This document shows, piece by piece, positions 26,697 to 42,033 of a stretch of 64,000 bases of DNA (the stretch's first letter is position 1; every line of letters starts with the position of its first letter). Where the stretch lies: NCBI GenBank assembly GCA_964016885.1, contig OZ024759.1:12834001-12898000 (forward strand), read 5' to 3'. Under the pieces are notes generated by a model. That model was not told where the DNA came from, ran no database searches, and saw nothing but the letters and a program-made list of their open reading frames with translations. The position numbers and the translations under genes were made by a program. Source of the stretch: Eledone cirrhosa (Eukaryota).

Positions 26697-27274
26697 GAGA
26701 AGTGTGTGGGAACAGAGTTCAAAAGGTGTGTAGGGGAGTGGTGGAGAGACATATAGCGAAAGGAAACGGTGCGAATGAAAAATTAACAAATGAAGACAAA
26801 CACACACATATATATACAGATCTATACACACACACAGATATATATATATATATATCTAACCCATGCTAGCGTGGAAAATGGACGTTAAACGATGATGATG
26901 ATGATGATATACACACAAATACATAGATACACACATACATAGAGATCTATACACACACACACATATATATATATACAAATACATAGATACATTTATATAT
27001 GAAGGAGAGAGAGAGAGAGAGTGTGAGTGAGAGAGAGAGTGTGAGAGAGAGTGAGAGAGAGAGAGAGTGAGAGAGAGAGAGAGTGTGTGAGAGAGATAGT
27101 GAGTGACAGAGTGAGAGAGAGGGAGAGAGAGGTGAGAGTGAGAGGGAGAGAGAGGGAGAGAGAGAGAGAGAGAGAGATTGTATATGAATAACTCCAGTAA
27201 ATATGTTGGTATGATACCCAGGCTGTCTACAGTAGTTAACTTGTGATACAGTGTTATAGCTGATATCAACTTGG

Positions 27275-30200
27275 TCACACACACATACAGACACATATAA
27301 CACTGTCACACACACAGACACACATATAACAGACACACACAACACTGTCACACACATATAACACTGTCACACACACATATAACACTGTCACACACACAGA
27401 CACACACAACACTGTCACACACACAGACACACACAACACTGTCACACACACAGACACACACATATAACACTGTCACACACACATATAACACTGTCACACA
27501 CACATACACACACATATAACACTGTCACACATACAGACACACACGTATAACACTGTCACACACACAGACACACACATATAACACTGTCACACACACTGAC
27601 ACACATATAACAGTCACACACACAACACTGTCACACACACATATAACACTGTCACACACACAGACACACACATATAACACTGTCACACACACATATAACA
27701 CTGTCACACATACAGACACACACATATAACACTGTCACACACAAAACTGTCACACATATAACACTGTCACACACACATATACCACTGTCACACATACAGA
27801 CACACAGACACACACAAAACTGTCACACACACATATACCACTGTCACACATAGAGACACACGCATATAACACTGTCACACACATACACACACACATAACA
27901 CTGCCACACACATATAACACTACCACACACATATAACACTGTCACACACACATAACACTGTCACACACATATAACACTGTCACACACACAGGCACACACA
28001 ACACTGCCACAGACACACATATAACAGTCACACACACACATACAACAGTGTCACACACAGACACACACTCACACCCTAACACACACACAACCTAACACTG
28101 ACACACACACTGTATGTTACACTACCACACACACACTATATGTTTCACTACCACACACACACTGTATGTTTCACTACCACACACACACTGTATGTTACAC
28201 TACCACACACACACTATATGTTTCACTACCACACACTATATGTTACACTACCACACACACACTATATGTTTCACTACCACACACACACTATATGTTACAC
28301 TACCACACACACTATATGTTTCACTACCACACACACACTATATGTTACACTACCACACACACACTATATGTTTCACTACCACACACACACTATATGTTTC
28401 ACTACCACACACACTGTATGTTTCACTACCACACACACACTATATGTTTCACTACCACACACACACTATATGTTTCACTACCACACACACACTGTATGTT
28501 TCACTACCACACACACACTATATGTTTCACTTCCACACAGACTGTATGTTTCACTACCACACACACACTATATGTTTCACTACCACACACACACACTATA
28601 TGTTTCACTACCACACACACTGTATGTTTCACTACCACACACACACTATATGTTTCACTACCACACACACACTATATGTTTCACTACCACACACACACTA
28701 TATGTTTCACTACCACACACACACTATGTGTTTCACTACCACACACACACTGTATGTTTCACTACCACACACACACTATATGTTACACTACCACACACAC
28801 ACTATATGTTACACTACCACACACACACTGTATGTTACACTACCACACACACACTATATGTTTCACTACCACACACACACTATATGTTTCACTACCACAC
28901 ACACTGTATGTTTCACTACCACACACACACTATATGTTTCACTACCACACACACACTATATGTTTCACTACCACACACACTGTATGTTTCACTACCACAC
29001 ACACACTGTATGTTACACTACCACACACACACTATATGTTTCACTACCACACACACACTATATGTTTCACTACCACACACACACTATATGTTACACTACC
29101 ACACACACACTATATGTTACACTACCACACACACACTGTATGTTACACTACCACACACACTATATGTTACACTACCACACACACTATATGTTACACTACC
29201 ACACACACACTATATGTTACACTACCACACACACTATATGTTACACTACCACACACACTATATGTTACACTACCACACACACACTACATGTTACACTACC
29301 ACACACACACTGTATGTTACACTACCACACACACTATATGTTACACTACCACACACACACTGTATGTTACACTACCACACACACACTGTATGTTACACTA
29401 CCACACACACACTATATGTTTCACTACCACACACACACTATATGTTACACTACCACACACACACTGTATGTTACACTACCACACACACACTGTATGTTAC
29501 ACTACCACACACACTATATGTTACACTACCACACACACACTGTATGTTACACTACCACACACTGTATGTTACACTACCACACACACACACTATATGTTAC
29601 ACTACCACACACACACTATATGTTACACTACCACACACACACTGTATGTTACACTACCACACACACACTATATGTTACACTACCACACACACACTATATG
29701 TTACACTACCACACACACACTATATGTTACACTACCACACACACACTGTATGTTACACTACCACACACACACTATATGTTTCACTACCACACACACACTG
29801 TATGTTACACTACCACATACACACTATATGTTACACTACCACACACACACTATATGTTACACTACCACACACACACACTGTATGTTACACTACCACACAC
29901 ACACTATATGTTTCACTACCACACACACACTATATGTTACACTACCACACACACACACTATATGTTTCACTACCACACACACACTATATGTTACACTACC
30001 ACACACACACTATATGTTACACTACCACACACACACTATATGTTTCACTACCACACACACTATATGTTACACTACCACACACACACTATATGTTTCACTA
30101 CCACACACACACTATATGTTTCACTACCACACACACACTATATGTTACACTACCACACACACACTATATGTTTCACTACCACACACACACTATATGTTAC

Positions 30201-30683
30201 ACTACCACACATACACTATATGTTTCACTACCACACACACACTATATGTTACACTACCACACACACACTATATGTTTCACTACCACACACACACTATATG
30301 TTACACTACCACACACACACTATATGTTACACTACCACACACACACTGTATGTTACACTACCACACACACACTATATGTTTCACTACCACACACACACTG
30401 TATGTTACACTACCACACACACACTGTATGTTACACTACCACACACACACTGTATGTTACACTACCACACACACACTGTATGTTACACTACCACACACAC
30501 ACTGTATGTTACACTACCACACACACACTGTATGTTTCACTACCACACACACACTATATGTTTCACTACCACACACACACTGTATGTGTCACTACCACAC
30601 ACACACTGTATGTTTCACTACCACACACACACTATATGTTTCACTACCACACACACACTATATGTTACACTACCACACACACT
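27275..30683. repeat. CA-rich minisatellites: degenerate about 24-bp (27275-28100), then 26-bp CACACACACACTATATGTTACACTAC, about 100 copies (28105-30683)
   Basis: Direct; explains the 860-880 aa His/Thr ORFs. Confidence 0.95.
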
Positions 30684-30699
30684 CCCATCAGACATGTAG

Positions 30700-31074
30700 A
30701 CGTACATCTTGTCTCAATACATGTATAGATAGGGGTATATATGATGTAAAGTCACTTCAATACATGTGTAGAAAGGGTGAGTGTGTATATATATATATAT
30801 ATAAATGAAAGGTATATATATATATGACGTAACATCACTTGAATACATGTGTAGAAAGGGTGTGTGTGTGTGTGTGTATATATATATGACGTAAAATATC
30901 TTCAACACATGTGTAGAAAGGGGTGTATATATATATATATATGACATACCGCCACATCAATACATGTGTAGAAGGGGTATGTATGTATATATATATATAT
31001 ACATCATCATCATCATTATCATTATTTTACGTCCGCTATTCCCTGCTTGCAAGGGTGGGATATATATATATATG

Positions 31075-31118
<44 letters not shown>

Positions 31119-31354
31119 GATATTAACAAATGGAAACTATATTTATAAAACCATATCTATTTTATTATACATATTTCAAGGATACCATGTTAAGTTATGG
31201 TATGCCTTCATCAGACAAAATTCAATATATACCAGTTTTATAAATAAACATTGACGTACCCTTACAAAATGCAACCGTTACTTTTGGAAGACATCAGGAT
31301 ATATATATATATATGACGTAAGAGCACCTCAATAGACATTATGTGTAGAAAGGG

Positions 31355-31388
<34 letters not shown>

Positions 31389-31600
31389 CGTAACAGCACC
31401 TCAATAGACATTATGTGTAGAAAGGGGTGTATATATATATATATATATATAACGTAACAGCACCTCAATAGACATTATGTGTAGAAAGGGGTGTGTATAT
31501 ATATTTATATATATATATATATATATGACGTAACAGCACCTCAATAGACATTATGTGTAGAAAGGGGTGTGTATATATATATATATGACGTAAGAGCACC
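30700..31600. repeat. About 60-70-bp minisatellite containing (TA)n (GACGTAACAGCACCTCAATAGACATTATGTGTAGAAAGGGG), interrupted at about 31000-31290
   Basis: Direct. Confidence 0.8.
31159..31221 (-). ncRNA. Type-I hammerhead ribozyme
   Basis: Minus strand: AUUUUGU-CUGAUGA-AGGCAUACCAU...AUGGUAUCCUU-GAAA-UAUGUA-UA^AUAAAAU. Confidence 0.72.
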
Positions 31601-31755
31601 TCTCAAAATACATGTCGATATCTAAGCACACCTCATGACACAACAGATGTTATCCTGTTTACCATACTAACACCAGATGTAGTAACTGTACACCAAATCT
31701 CTGTTAATGTGAGAGCCTCACATATATCCCAGCCCCTATCTTTACAAATGTTTCA

Positions 31756-32093
31756 CTTCGGAAGAAGGATAAGAATGGAGAGAGAGGTGCTTGGCCACAG
31801 GCAGTTTTATGAAAGGTGGGTGATAGTGGCGAGAATGGCTCGTGTAAATGGGCCTTCTCTGTATACCATCCTGTAGGTAAAGAAGTAAAGGAGAGGGGAG
31901 CACCTTCTCCATGTGCTCCCCGGGCAAAGGATTGCACACTTTTTCGGGGGTGTGTGCAACCCCCATCACGTCCCCTCCCTTTTGAGGTTATTTTCGATTA
32001 TTTTCATGTTACACCCTTTTTACTCGATTGTATGTAAACTCCCCCTTTGTATTTGTCCCTTCTTTTTATGCCTTTATGGTAAATAAAGAAATA
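31756..32093 (+). mobile_element. 5'-truncated L1/Tx1-like LINE with 19-bp TSD
   Basis: TSD TATCTTTACAAATGTTTCA at 31737-31755 and 32094-32112; ORF end RRIRMEREVLGHRQFYERWVIVARMARVNGPSLYTIL*; AATAAAGAAAT terminus. Confidence 0.82.
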
Positions 32094-32174
32094 TATCTTT
32101 ACAAATGTTTCATCCATTAGATGAGTAAGCCCTTCCGGCTGATACACAAATCATTCATTGACCTCTTCCTATTG

Positions 32175-33860
32175 TTATCAGTAACCGGTAGAGCGTCGGG
32201 CGATATGTTTTGTGGGATATAGTTGCAGTGTTTTACATTCTAAGTTGAGATCCCGCTGAGGTCAGCTTTGCCTTTCGACCTGACAGGGGTTTGATATGGT
32301 AGAATACCAGTCATGCACTGGGGTTGGTCTAATCCACTTTCCTCACTTACTTTCTAATTGCTGGCCTTGTTAATGGTGATGATGGTGATGGTGGTGGTGG
32401 TGGTGGTGTTGGTGATGGTGGTGGTGGTGATGGTGGTGGTGGTGGTGGTGGTGGTGGTGATGGTGGTGGTGGTGATGGTGGTGCTGGTGGTGGTGATGGT
32501 GGTGGTGGTGGTGATGGTAGTGGTGGTGGTGGTGGTGGTGATGGCGGTGGTGGTGGTGATGGTGATGGTGGTGATGGTGGTGCTGGTGGTGGTGATGGTG
32601 GTGGTGTTGGTGATGGTGTTGGTGATGGTGATGATGGTGGTGGTGGTGGTGGTGGTGATGATGATGGTGATGGTGGTGGTTGTGGTGTTGGTGATGGTGA
32701 TGATGATGGTGGTGGTGGTGGTGATGATGTTGGTGATGATGATGGTGATGGTGATGATGCTGGTGTTGGGTTTGGTGATGATGATGGTGGTGGTGGTGGT
32801 GGTGTTGGTGATGATGGTGATGGTGATGGTGATGGTGATAATGGTGATGATGATGGTGGTGATGATGGTGGTGATGGTGATGATGGTGATGGTGATGGTG
32901 ATGGTGATGGTGATAATGGTGATGATGGTGGTGGTGATGGTGATGATGATGGTGGTGGTGGTGGTGATGGTGATGGTGATGGTGGTGGTGGTGGTGATGG
33001 TGGTGATGATGTTGATGATGGTGTTGATGGTGTTGGTGATGGTGGTGATGGTGGTGGTGATGATGGTGGTGATGGTGGTGGTGATGATGGTGGTGATGGT
33101 GATGATGGTGATGGTGATGATGCTGGTGATGATGATGATGATGGTGATGGTGTTGGTGATGATGATGATGATGGTGATGATGTTGGTGATGATGTTGGTG
33201 ATGATGATGATGGTGATGCTGGTGTTGGTGATGATGATGGTGATGATGGTGTTGGTGATGATGTTGGTGATGATGATGATGATGATGTTGGTGATGATGT
33301 TGGTGATGATGATGATGGTGATGCTGGTGTTGGTGATGATGATGGTGATGCTGGTGATGGTGTTGGTGATGATGTTGGTGATGGTGATGGTGGTGGTGGT
33401 GATGGTGGTGATGATGATGGTGGTGATGGTGATGGTGGTGGTGGTGGTGATGTTGATAATGATGATGATGATCATGAAACAATGACAAGGCCAGCAATTT
33501 TTGGGGAGGGGAAACTCGATTACATTGGCCCCAGTACATTACTGGTACTTTATTTTATCGATCCCGTAAGGATGGAAGGCAAAACTAACCTTGGCAGGAT
33601 TTGAACTCAGAACGCAAAGGGCCATAACTCGATGCCACAACGCATGTTGTCCGACACTCTACCGATATTATAATGGCAGTGGGTTGTCCGAGTTGGTAGA
33701 GCGTCAGACAACATGTTTAGCAGTATTAGTTCCAGCTCTCTTTACTCTTCTGAGTTCAAATCCCACCACGGTCAACTTTGCCTCTCATCCTTCTGACATT
33801 CAATAAGATGACATACCAGTAAAATACTGGGGTTATATAATCACCTTTCTCCTCCCACCA
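32175..33860. mobile_element. SINE family B copies (32175-32370 plus, 33483-33668 minus, 33675-33860 plus) flanking a 1.1-kb (GGT/GAT)n tract
   Basis: Family B motifs; triplet repeat at 32373-33472. Confidence 0.75.
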
Positions 33861-34039
33861 AGGTCTTATGTTCTGATGGAAGAGGAAAGTTGAATGTTAA
33901 GGTAGGGGTTTAGGGTTGAGGTTTTAAATATAGGGTTACATTTTAAGGTTAGGATTTAAACTTTCATTGTTAAAGTTCGGTTTATGTCAAGGGTTAATGC
34001 CAGGTAGTAGTTTAGTATGTATATATATATATACTCAGA

Positions 34040-34372
34040 TGGTGGATGGCTCTGAACATTAATCAGTATACACTGAGGATGAAAAACCCAGAGCTGTACG
34101 GGAGCATCCCAAAAGTCAGCTCAAAAGTGACACAGAGGAGACTGAGGTTAGCTGGACATGGTCACCGACATCCAGAGTTGACATTGCACTCAGTGCTCCT
34201 TTGGGAGCCCCTACATGGACACACTGGAAGAGGAAGACCAAGGTTAACGTATGTTGATGCCCTAAGGACAGACACTGGTCTGTTGGAGATGCAGGATATG
34301 GCAGCGATAATGAGGGACAGAGACCGCTGGAGAGAACTAGTCCATGGATCTCGGGAATTTTACCCTCCTTAG
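34040..34372 (+). mobile_element. RTE-X-like LINE ORF C-terminal fragment; second copy at 38615-38790
   Basis: RRLRLAGH...LLWEPLHG..GRGRPRLTYVDALRTDTG...DRDRWR. Confidence 0.7.
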
Positions 34373-34495
34373 AATATTTGTATATATATATATATACATG
34401 TGTATGTGTGTGTATATATAAATATATATATATATACATATGTATATATGTACATATATGTGTGCATGTATATATGCATATATATATGTATATAT

Positions 34496-34902
34496 GGAGG
34501 CACATGGCTTAGTGGTTAGAGCATTGGCCTTGCAATTGAAAGGTTGTGAGTTCAATTCTCAGACCGGGTGATGTGTTGTTTCCTTGAGCAAGACACTTTA
34601 TTTCACATTGCTCCAGTTTACTCAGCTGTAGAAATGAGATGATAGGACTGGGGTCCCTATCATTCCACTGCAAAGTGGTCGTGGAGGTGCCACGGCAAAG
34701 AAGCACCCAGCACTCACTGTAAATGAGGTTGGTGTTAGGAAGGGTATCCAGCTGTAGAAATCAAACCAGAATCAGTTCCCATATGAGCAAGACATGGTCA
34801 GCCGACCGGACACTGCCCACAACAGGACAAACGGTCTAACCCATGCTAGCATGGAAGAACAGACGTAAAACGGTGATGATGATGATGATGATTATGATGA
34901 TG
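34496..34902 (+). mobile_element. Full-length SINE family A
   Basis: GGAGGCACATGGCTTAGTGGTTAGAGC, B-box GAGTTCAATTCT, CORE-like TTCCTTGAGCAAGACACTT, RTE tail, (GAT)n. Confidence 0.88.
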
Positions 34903-34904
34903 AT

Positions 34905-34959
<55 letters not shown>

Positions 34960-35167
34960 TATATAGACTTTCGTCAAATCGGACCGACTAAACAATGTTT
35001 TTGTCGGTCTTTCCAGTTCCTTGTACTATCTATCGGTCACAACTCGAGGTAGAAGGAGCAACGTGAAATAAAGTGTCTTGCTCAAGGACACAATGCATCG
35101 CCCAGTCCAGGAATTGAACTCACAACCTCAAGATTGTGAATCCAATTCTCAAACCACTCAGCCACAA

Positions 35168-35233
<66 letters not shown>

Positions 35234-35813
35234 CATATATATATGTCAGCATCATCATCATCATTTTACGTCCATTTTCCATGCCGACATGGGTTAGACG
35301 TGTTGTTCTGTTGTGTGCAATGCTAGGTCAGGTGACCATGTCTTGCCCATACAGAACTGATTTTGGCTTGGTCTCTACAGCTGGATGCCCTTCCTAATGC
35401 CAACCTCATTTACAATGAGTACTGGGAGCTTTTTGTTGTGACATCATCACGTCCACTCTACCGTGTGGACTGCGTGATTTTGCTGTGACACCTACATCAC
35501 CACTTTACATACATACACTTGCTAACCCTAGAAGAGGTAACTAGCTGAAACTGGTGAGTTTGCAGCCACTCCTCTACTTTCACTAATATACCAACTCTGC
35601 ATCATACATTGTATGGGGTACTTCATTGATTTGTGGTCTTGGCCCCAGTACCGCATTATAAAATGGTTGGCATTAGGAAGGGTATCCAGTCATAGAAACC
35701 ATACTGAAATAGAACACATGAGCATGATGTGGTCATCTGACATGTCTGGTCTCAGGACAACCCATGCCAGCATGGAGAGCAAAGAGGTAAATGATCTACG
35801 TATATATATATAC

Positions 35814-35856
<43 letters not shown>

Positions 35857-35885
35857 AAAGAATAGAGGTGTAACACACAAGTTAT

Positions 35886-36331
35886 TATATATTGGTAAAT
35901 GGAATAGAAAATGCTGACAAATTGTTCACAGTTGAAAAATGGTTTAATTAGGAATAAAAGAGTATTAGTGATTGTATGGGTTAGTATTCAGTTGTGGTTT
36001 TAAGTTTTTAAGTTTTTACCGGTTGCGCATTTCTAAATGCTTTTCAAAAATAATTTTGAGATAGAGTGTCCGTGCTGTCTGCTCTGATAGAGTGTCCATG
36101 CTGTTTGCTCAGATCAGAGCAAACAGCACGGACACTCTATCAGAGCAAACAGCACGGACACTCTATCTCAAAATTATTTTTGAAAAGCATTTAGAAATGC
36201 GCAACCGGTAAAAACTTAAAAACTTAAAACCACAGCTGAATACTAACCCATACAATCACTAATACTCTTTTATTCCTAATTAAACCATTTTTCAACTGTG
36301 AACAATTTGTCAGCATTTTCTATTCCGTTTA

Positions 36332-36340
<9 letters not shown>
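35886..36340. repeat. Near-perfect palindrome with about 225-bp arms, centre about 36113, between (TA)n tracts
   Basis: Right arm is the reverse complement of the left; contains a variant hammerhead-like motif at 36177-36213. Confidence 0.92.
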
Positions 36341-36384
<44 letters not shown>

Positions 36385-36388
<4 letters not shown>

Positions 36389-37300
36389 GGAAAAAATGAA
36401 ACGAAATTTCATTTCTCACTCTTAGTACGGCTGTTACTTAAATATAAGTATGTATACGTACATACATATATGTATACAGACATACAGTAGTATGTATATA
36501 TATACATACATGCACACATATATATATGTACGTATGGATTCACCGAACATTTATTTGTAAACAAACATCCTGAATTAAGCCGTACACTGTTTAGCAACCA
36601 TCATTGCCCTTTTGTTCAACACTGACAAAGGAACGATGTACTAGTTTCAAGCCTATTAGCTATCATCAGCACCGTATACCTTCCTGCCAGATGATTGAAC
36701 GTCGTCTGAAAGTATATACTTTCCTGATGCATATTAACGGCTGAGCAGCCTAATTTGCATATTGAGTGAGTTAATCGGCCGGGCGCACCAAAAACGATAA
36801 TGGGAAAAATTGAAACGAAATTTAATTTCTCACTCACTCTTAGTACGGCTGTTACTTAAATATAAGTATGTATACGTACATATATTTATGTATACAGATG
36901 TACAGTAGTATGTATATGTATACAGACGTACAGTAGTATGTATATATATATACATACATGCACACATATATATATGTACGTATGGATTCACCGAACATTT
37001 ATTATAATGCTCGGGTTGTTTGTAAACATATATATGTACGTATACATACTTATATTTAAGTAACAGCCGTACTAAGAGTGAGAAATGAAATTTTGTTTCA
37101 TTTTTTCCATTTAAGCTTGAAACTAGTACATCGTTCCTTTGTCAGTGTTGAACAAAAGGGCAACAATGGTTGTTAAACACTGTACGGCTTAATTCAGGAT
37201 GTTTGTTTACAAACAAACCGAGCATTATAATAAATGTTCGGTGAATCAATATGTACATACTACTGTATGTCTGTATACATATATGTATGTACGTATACAT
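36385..37300. mobile_element. Penelope-like element with direct and inverted terminal segments
   Basis: 36385-36555 repeated directly at 36800-37000 and inverted at 37035-37110; 36540-36652 inverted at 37113-37260. Confidence 0.65.
36633..36675 (-). ncRNA. Minimal type-I hammerhead ribozyme
   Basis: Minus strand: ACGGUG-CUGAUGA-UAGCU-AAUA-GGCUU-GAAA-CUAG-UA^CAUCGU; palindromic stem III ACUAGU. Confidence 0.78.
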
Positions 37301-37320
37301 ACTTATATATATATATATAG

Positions 37321-37772
37321 AGTCAGGTCACCAGTTGGTGCTACTGGTAACATGTATCCCAGTACAACCTGTCTCATGGTCGGGTCGTTGGCGACTAAAC
37401 TGGCAACCCCACCAAGATTTCTTGGTGAGGAGGGTGACTTTGGACATCCTGCAGGACTGAAAACAAAACCTGTCAAAGGGCAAAGGAACTCTTGGGAGCT
37501 CTTAAGAGCTCTTGGAGTCAATCAATGGCCATCCAAAACCAGCACGGCCCGCCGAAAGGTGCTGCAGTGCCGGAAAAGTCAACTTCCTGCTACTAGTATG
37601 CTGGTAAGCTAGTACAACGTATCTCCAGACGGATAGAGTGGGTCCGTAGCTTTGGTTAGCGACTACTCTAGTGATTGCAACACGAACAATTAGGGCGAGG
37701 GTATAAATACCAGGTTGGTATCTGGCACCGGGTAACCCACCACACGGAGGAGAAAGCACCTTCTTCAAGACT
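37321..37772 (+). mobile_element. Probable LINE (RTE-like) 5'UTR
   Basis: First about 220 bp near-identical to 60212-60410, which leads into an RTE-type 3' end. Confidence 0.5.
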
Positions 37773-38805
37773 TGGCTGTCAAATTCTTTCACATGTGTGT
37801 AGTAGTGGCGCCCACACACATTATTAGCTATTTGAAAAGATGATGGATTTCGCAACCAACTGCACCGGGGTTCCTGAATTCTGGGGCATGAGAGCGAGAT
37901 CCATCATCTCGACACTAGTCGACGAATCAAAACATCTCTTGCAAAACTGTATAGGGGGGAGAGGTTGGAGGAAGCGCTTGAGAGGAGAATGGAGCTGGCG
38001 GAGAAGAGATTTGAGATTGGGCATATTGGAGGTACTAGGGTGGGAGTGAAAAGTAGATGGGTGAGAAGAAGGTGGTGGTGTAAGAAGATTGCAGTAGAGG
38101 AAAAGTGGTAGAGAGTCGTGGAATATTTAAATGCAAGAAGCAAAGAAAATTTCAATGATGTGAAAGATTTCCTGGTGGAAGTTCAGGTGTACTCCAGGTA
38201 AGTATCCAGTTTCGGGGTGAAAATCCAATTAGAAAATCCAACGAATTTTGAGAGGTCCACGTAAGCGTTGATATATATATGTATGTAAAAGGTAAACGGA
38301 AATAACAAAATTGGATTCACAATCATGAGGTTGTCAGTGATTCCTGGACCGGGCGATGCGTTATGTCCTTCAGCAAGACACTTTATTTCACATTGCTCCT
38401 TCTTCCTGGATTTGCGACCAGTAGATAGTATTAGCAATTGGAAAGGCCAATGGAAACATTGTTCCCTCAGCCTGATTAGACAAGCTCCACCCCACTTGTT
38501 AAGTGAATGAGGTCCGGGATCTTGTAGATTGATTGTCGATATAAATTATATGGAAAGTGATATATAAGGCTAATCTATGTAAAATAGAAGGTAAGATAAA
38601 GGCAATCAAAAAGACACTGCACTCAGTGGTCCTGTGCGGACCCCTACATGGACACACTGGCAGAGGGAGGCAGAGGTTGACATATGTTGATGCCCTGAGG
38701 ACAGACACTGGTCTCTGGGAGAAGCAGGACATAGCTGTGATGATGAAGGACAGAGTGAACTCGTCCATGGATCTCGGCAATATTACCCACCCCATATATA
38801 TATGT

Positions 38806-39275
38806 ATCATCATCATCCGTTCTTCCACGCTAGCATGGGTTAGACGGGTTGTCCTGTTGTGGGCAGTGTCCAGTTGGCTGACCTTGTCTTGCTCAAACAG
38901 GAACTTATTCTGGCTTGATTTCTACAGCTGGATGCCCTTCCTAACACCAACCTCATTTACAGTGAGTGCTGGGTACTTTTTTGCCGTGGCAGCCCCGCGT
39001 CCACTTTACAATGTGGGCTGGGTGCTTTTTTTGCCGTGGCACCTCCACGACCACTTTACAATGTGGGCTGGGTGCTTTTTTTGCCGTGGCACCTCCACGT
39101 CCAATTTACAGTGGAATGATAGGGACCCCAGTCCTATCATTTCATTTCTACAGCTGAGTAAACTGGAGCAATGTGAAATAAAGTGTCTTGCTCAAGGAAA
39201 CAACACATTACTCGGTCTGAGAATTAAACTCACAACCTTTCGATTGCAAGCCCGATGCTCTAACCACTAAGCCAT
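38806..39275 (-). mobile_element. SINE family A with internal duplications
   Basis: Family A sequence. Confidence 0.85.
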
Positions 39276-39415
39276 GTGTGTGTGGACAATAATGTATTAA
39301 CCTCTCGCTCCATTGAGTGCTTTGTAATTGCCTGAAACAATTTGATTAGTACCTGTTATATCATGGCTACAACTTCGATACCCAATATGTATATATATAT
39401 ATATGTGTGTGTGAA

Positions 39416-39458
<43 letters not shown>

Positions 39459-39504
39459 AAGATAGAACAAGCAGCACCATATGGAAATAAACATTTCTTG
39501 AGAT

Positions 39505-41560
39505 AAACAACAACATCAATAAAAACATAATGAAAATAAACACAACAGCAGTAAGAGTAACAACAACAGTAACAACAACAATAACAACAACAGTAACAAC
39601 AATAACAACAGAAACAAAAATAACAATAATAGTAACAACAGTAACAACAACAATAACAGCAACAGCAACAATAACAACAACAGTAATAACAACAACAACA
39701 GCAACAACAATAACAGCAACAGCAACAATAACAACAACAACAACAGTAATGACAACAACAGTAACAACAACAACAGTAATAACAACAACAACAGCAACGA
39801 TAACAACAACAGTAACAACAACAAAAACAGTAACAACAATAACAACAACAGTTACAACAACAACAGCAACAACAATAACAACAACAGCAACAATAACAAC
39901 AACAACAACAACAGTAACAACAACAACAACAGTAACAACAACAACAACAACCACAGTAACAACAACAACAACAGCAACAACAACAACAGTAACAACAACA
40001 ACAGTTATATATAAGAATGCGTCACATTGTTTTGTAGAAATTTATGATTGGGAAAATCTGATATTATTGAACTGGTGTGGTGTGTGTATGTGTGTGTGTG
40101 TGGTGTATGTGTGTATGTGGATGTATATGCGTATGTGGATGTATGTGCAGATGTATATGTGCATGTATGTGTGTGTATATATGTGTGGATGTATGTGGAT
40201 GTGTATGTATGTATACATATGTGTGGATGTATGTATATATATATATATGTATGTATGTGTGTGTGTCTATGTATATGTATGTATGTGTCTGTATGTATGT
40301 ATATATGTATGTATGTGTGTATATATGTATGTGTGTGTGTGTGTGTGTGGATGTATGTATACTCTTTTACTCTTTTACCTGTTCCAGCCACCCGACTGAG
40401 GCGTATGTGTGTGCATGTGTGCGTATGTATGTGTGTGTATATGTGTGTGTGTATGTGTGTGTGTATGTGTATATGTATGTGTGTGTGGATGTATGTAGAT
40501 GCATGTATGTATATGTATGTGTGCGTGTGTGTATATATATATACACACGTGTGTATACATGTGTGTATGTGTACGTATGTATACATGTGTATATGTATGT
40601 GTGTATACATGTGTGTATGTGTATGTATGTGTACATGTGTGTATGTATATGTATGTGTACATGTGTGTATGTATATGTATGTATACATGTGTGTATATGT
40701 ATGTATGTATACATATGTGTGTATGTGTATGTATGTATACATGTGTGTATACATGTGTGTATGTATGTATATATGTGTATTACATGTGTGTATGTGTATG
40801 TATGTATACATGTGTGTATGTATATATGTATGTATGTGTATGTATGTATACATGTGTATGTGTATGTATGTATACATTGTGTATTACATGTGTATATGTG
40901 TATGTATGTATACATGTGTGTATGTATATATGTATGTATGTGTATGTATGTATACATATGTGTGTATTACATGTGTATATGTGTATGTATGTATATATGT
41001 GTATCATCAAAAACAATACCCCCAACAACAACCCCTCCCCACAACACAAAGCCCCCCCCCCCCCTACCAACGTCACAAACTCTAAGCTGACGTCAATAAG
41101 TTACTCAACGTGCTAGAAACAACAACCAAATACACCTCAAATGACATTAGTGGAAGGAAGTGGATAACATGACCTTCCCTCCTGAATGTGATGGTAGCAA
41201 TGATTTGGATCGTTATGTTGGCCGACCTAGGGCTAAACAACAACTCCACACCACCATCAACACCACAACACCATCATAAACACCACCACCACCAACAGGA
41301 CCAACACACCACTACCACCATCATTAACACCCCCACCAACACCATCTACACCACCCCCACCAACACCATCAACAACACCCCTACCAACACCATCTACACC
41401 ACCATCAACAACACCCCCCCCGACACCATCTACACCCCCCCCCCCCAACACCAGCTACACCCCCACCACCACCACCACAACCCCCACCCCACCACATCAC
41501 ACTAAAACACAACCACCACAACCTCCACCACCCCACAACACAACCCCCCCCCCCCCTCCA
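39505..41560. repeat. (AAC)n, (TG/TA)n and (CAC)n microsatellite tracts
   Basis: Direct. Confidence 0.92.
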
Positions 41561-42033
41561 CTGTCACAACAAACACACTGACATGTGTATGAGAGGTTAG
41601 AAATGTTTGACATTGTTTATCAGAAATATACCTGGAAACTTCACCAGCAACAGTGAGATGTGAATGACTTCTACTATAAGCAATTCTGAGGGACGGGGAA
41701 GTCTAGATAAATTGACCCCAGTGTATTACTGGTGGTTTATTTTAATAATTGTTTCTACTTTTGGCACAAGGCCAACAATTATCACAGTGTATTACTGGTA
41801 CTTTATTTTATCGACCCCGTATGGATGAAAGGCAAAGTTTTAATAATAATAATATAGAGGTATTCTCATTAAAACAATATTTCATTCATCCAATAAAAAA
41901 AATCATCAAACACTGATTAAGTCTTGGTAATTGGTAGAAAATTCTAGGACATTTGTAAGTAAACAATGATATTCCTTTTGTCCCCTCACCCCTTGGGTAG
42001 TATTACTAAATATATAAAGATGGATGTGGTATC

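Noticed and set aside
28114-30808. 860-880 aa His/Thr-rich ORFs in all three frames
   Set aside because: 26-bp CA-rich minisatellite lacking stop codons.
34496-34570. Functional tRNA gene
   Set aside because: tRNA-like head of a multicopy SINE without a proper cloverleaf.
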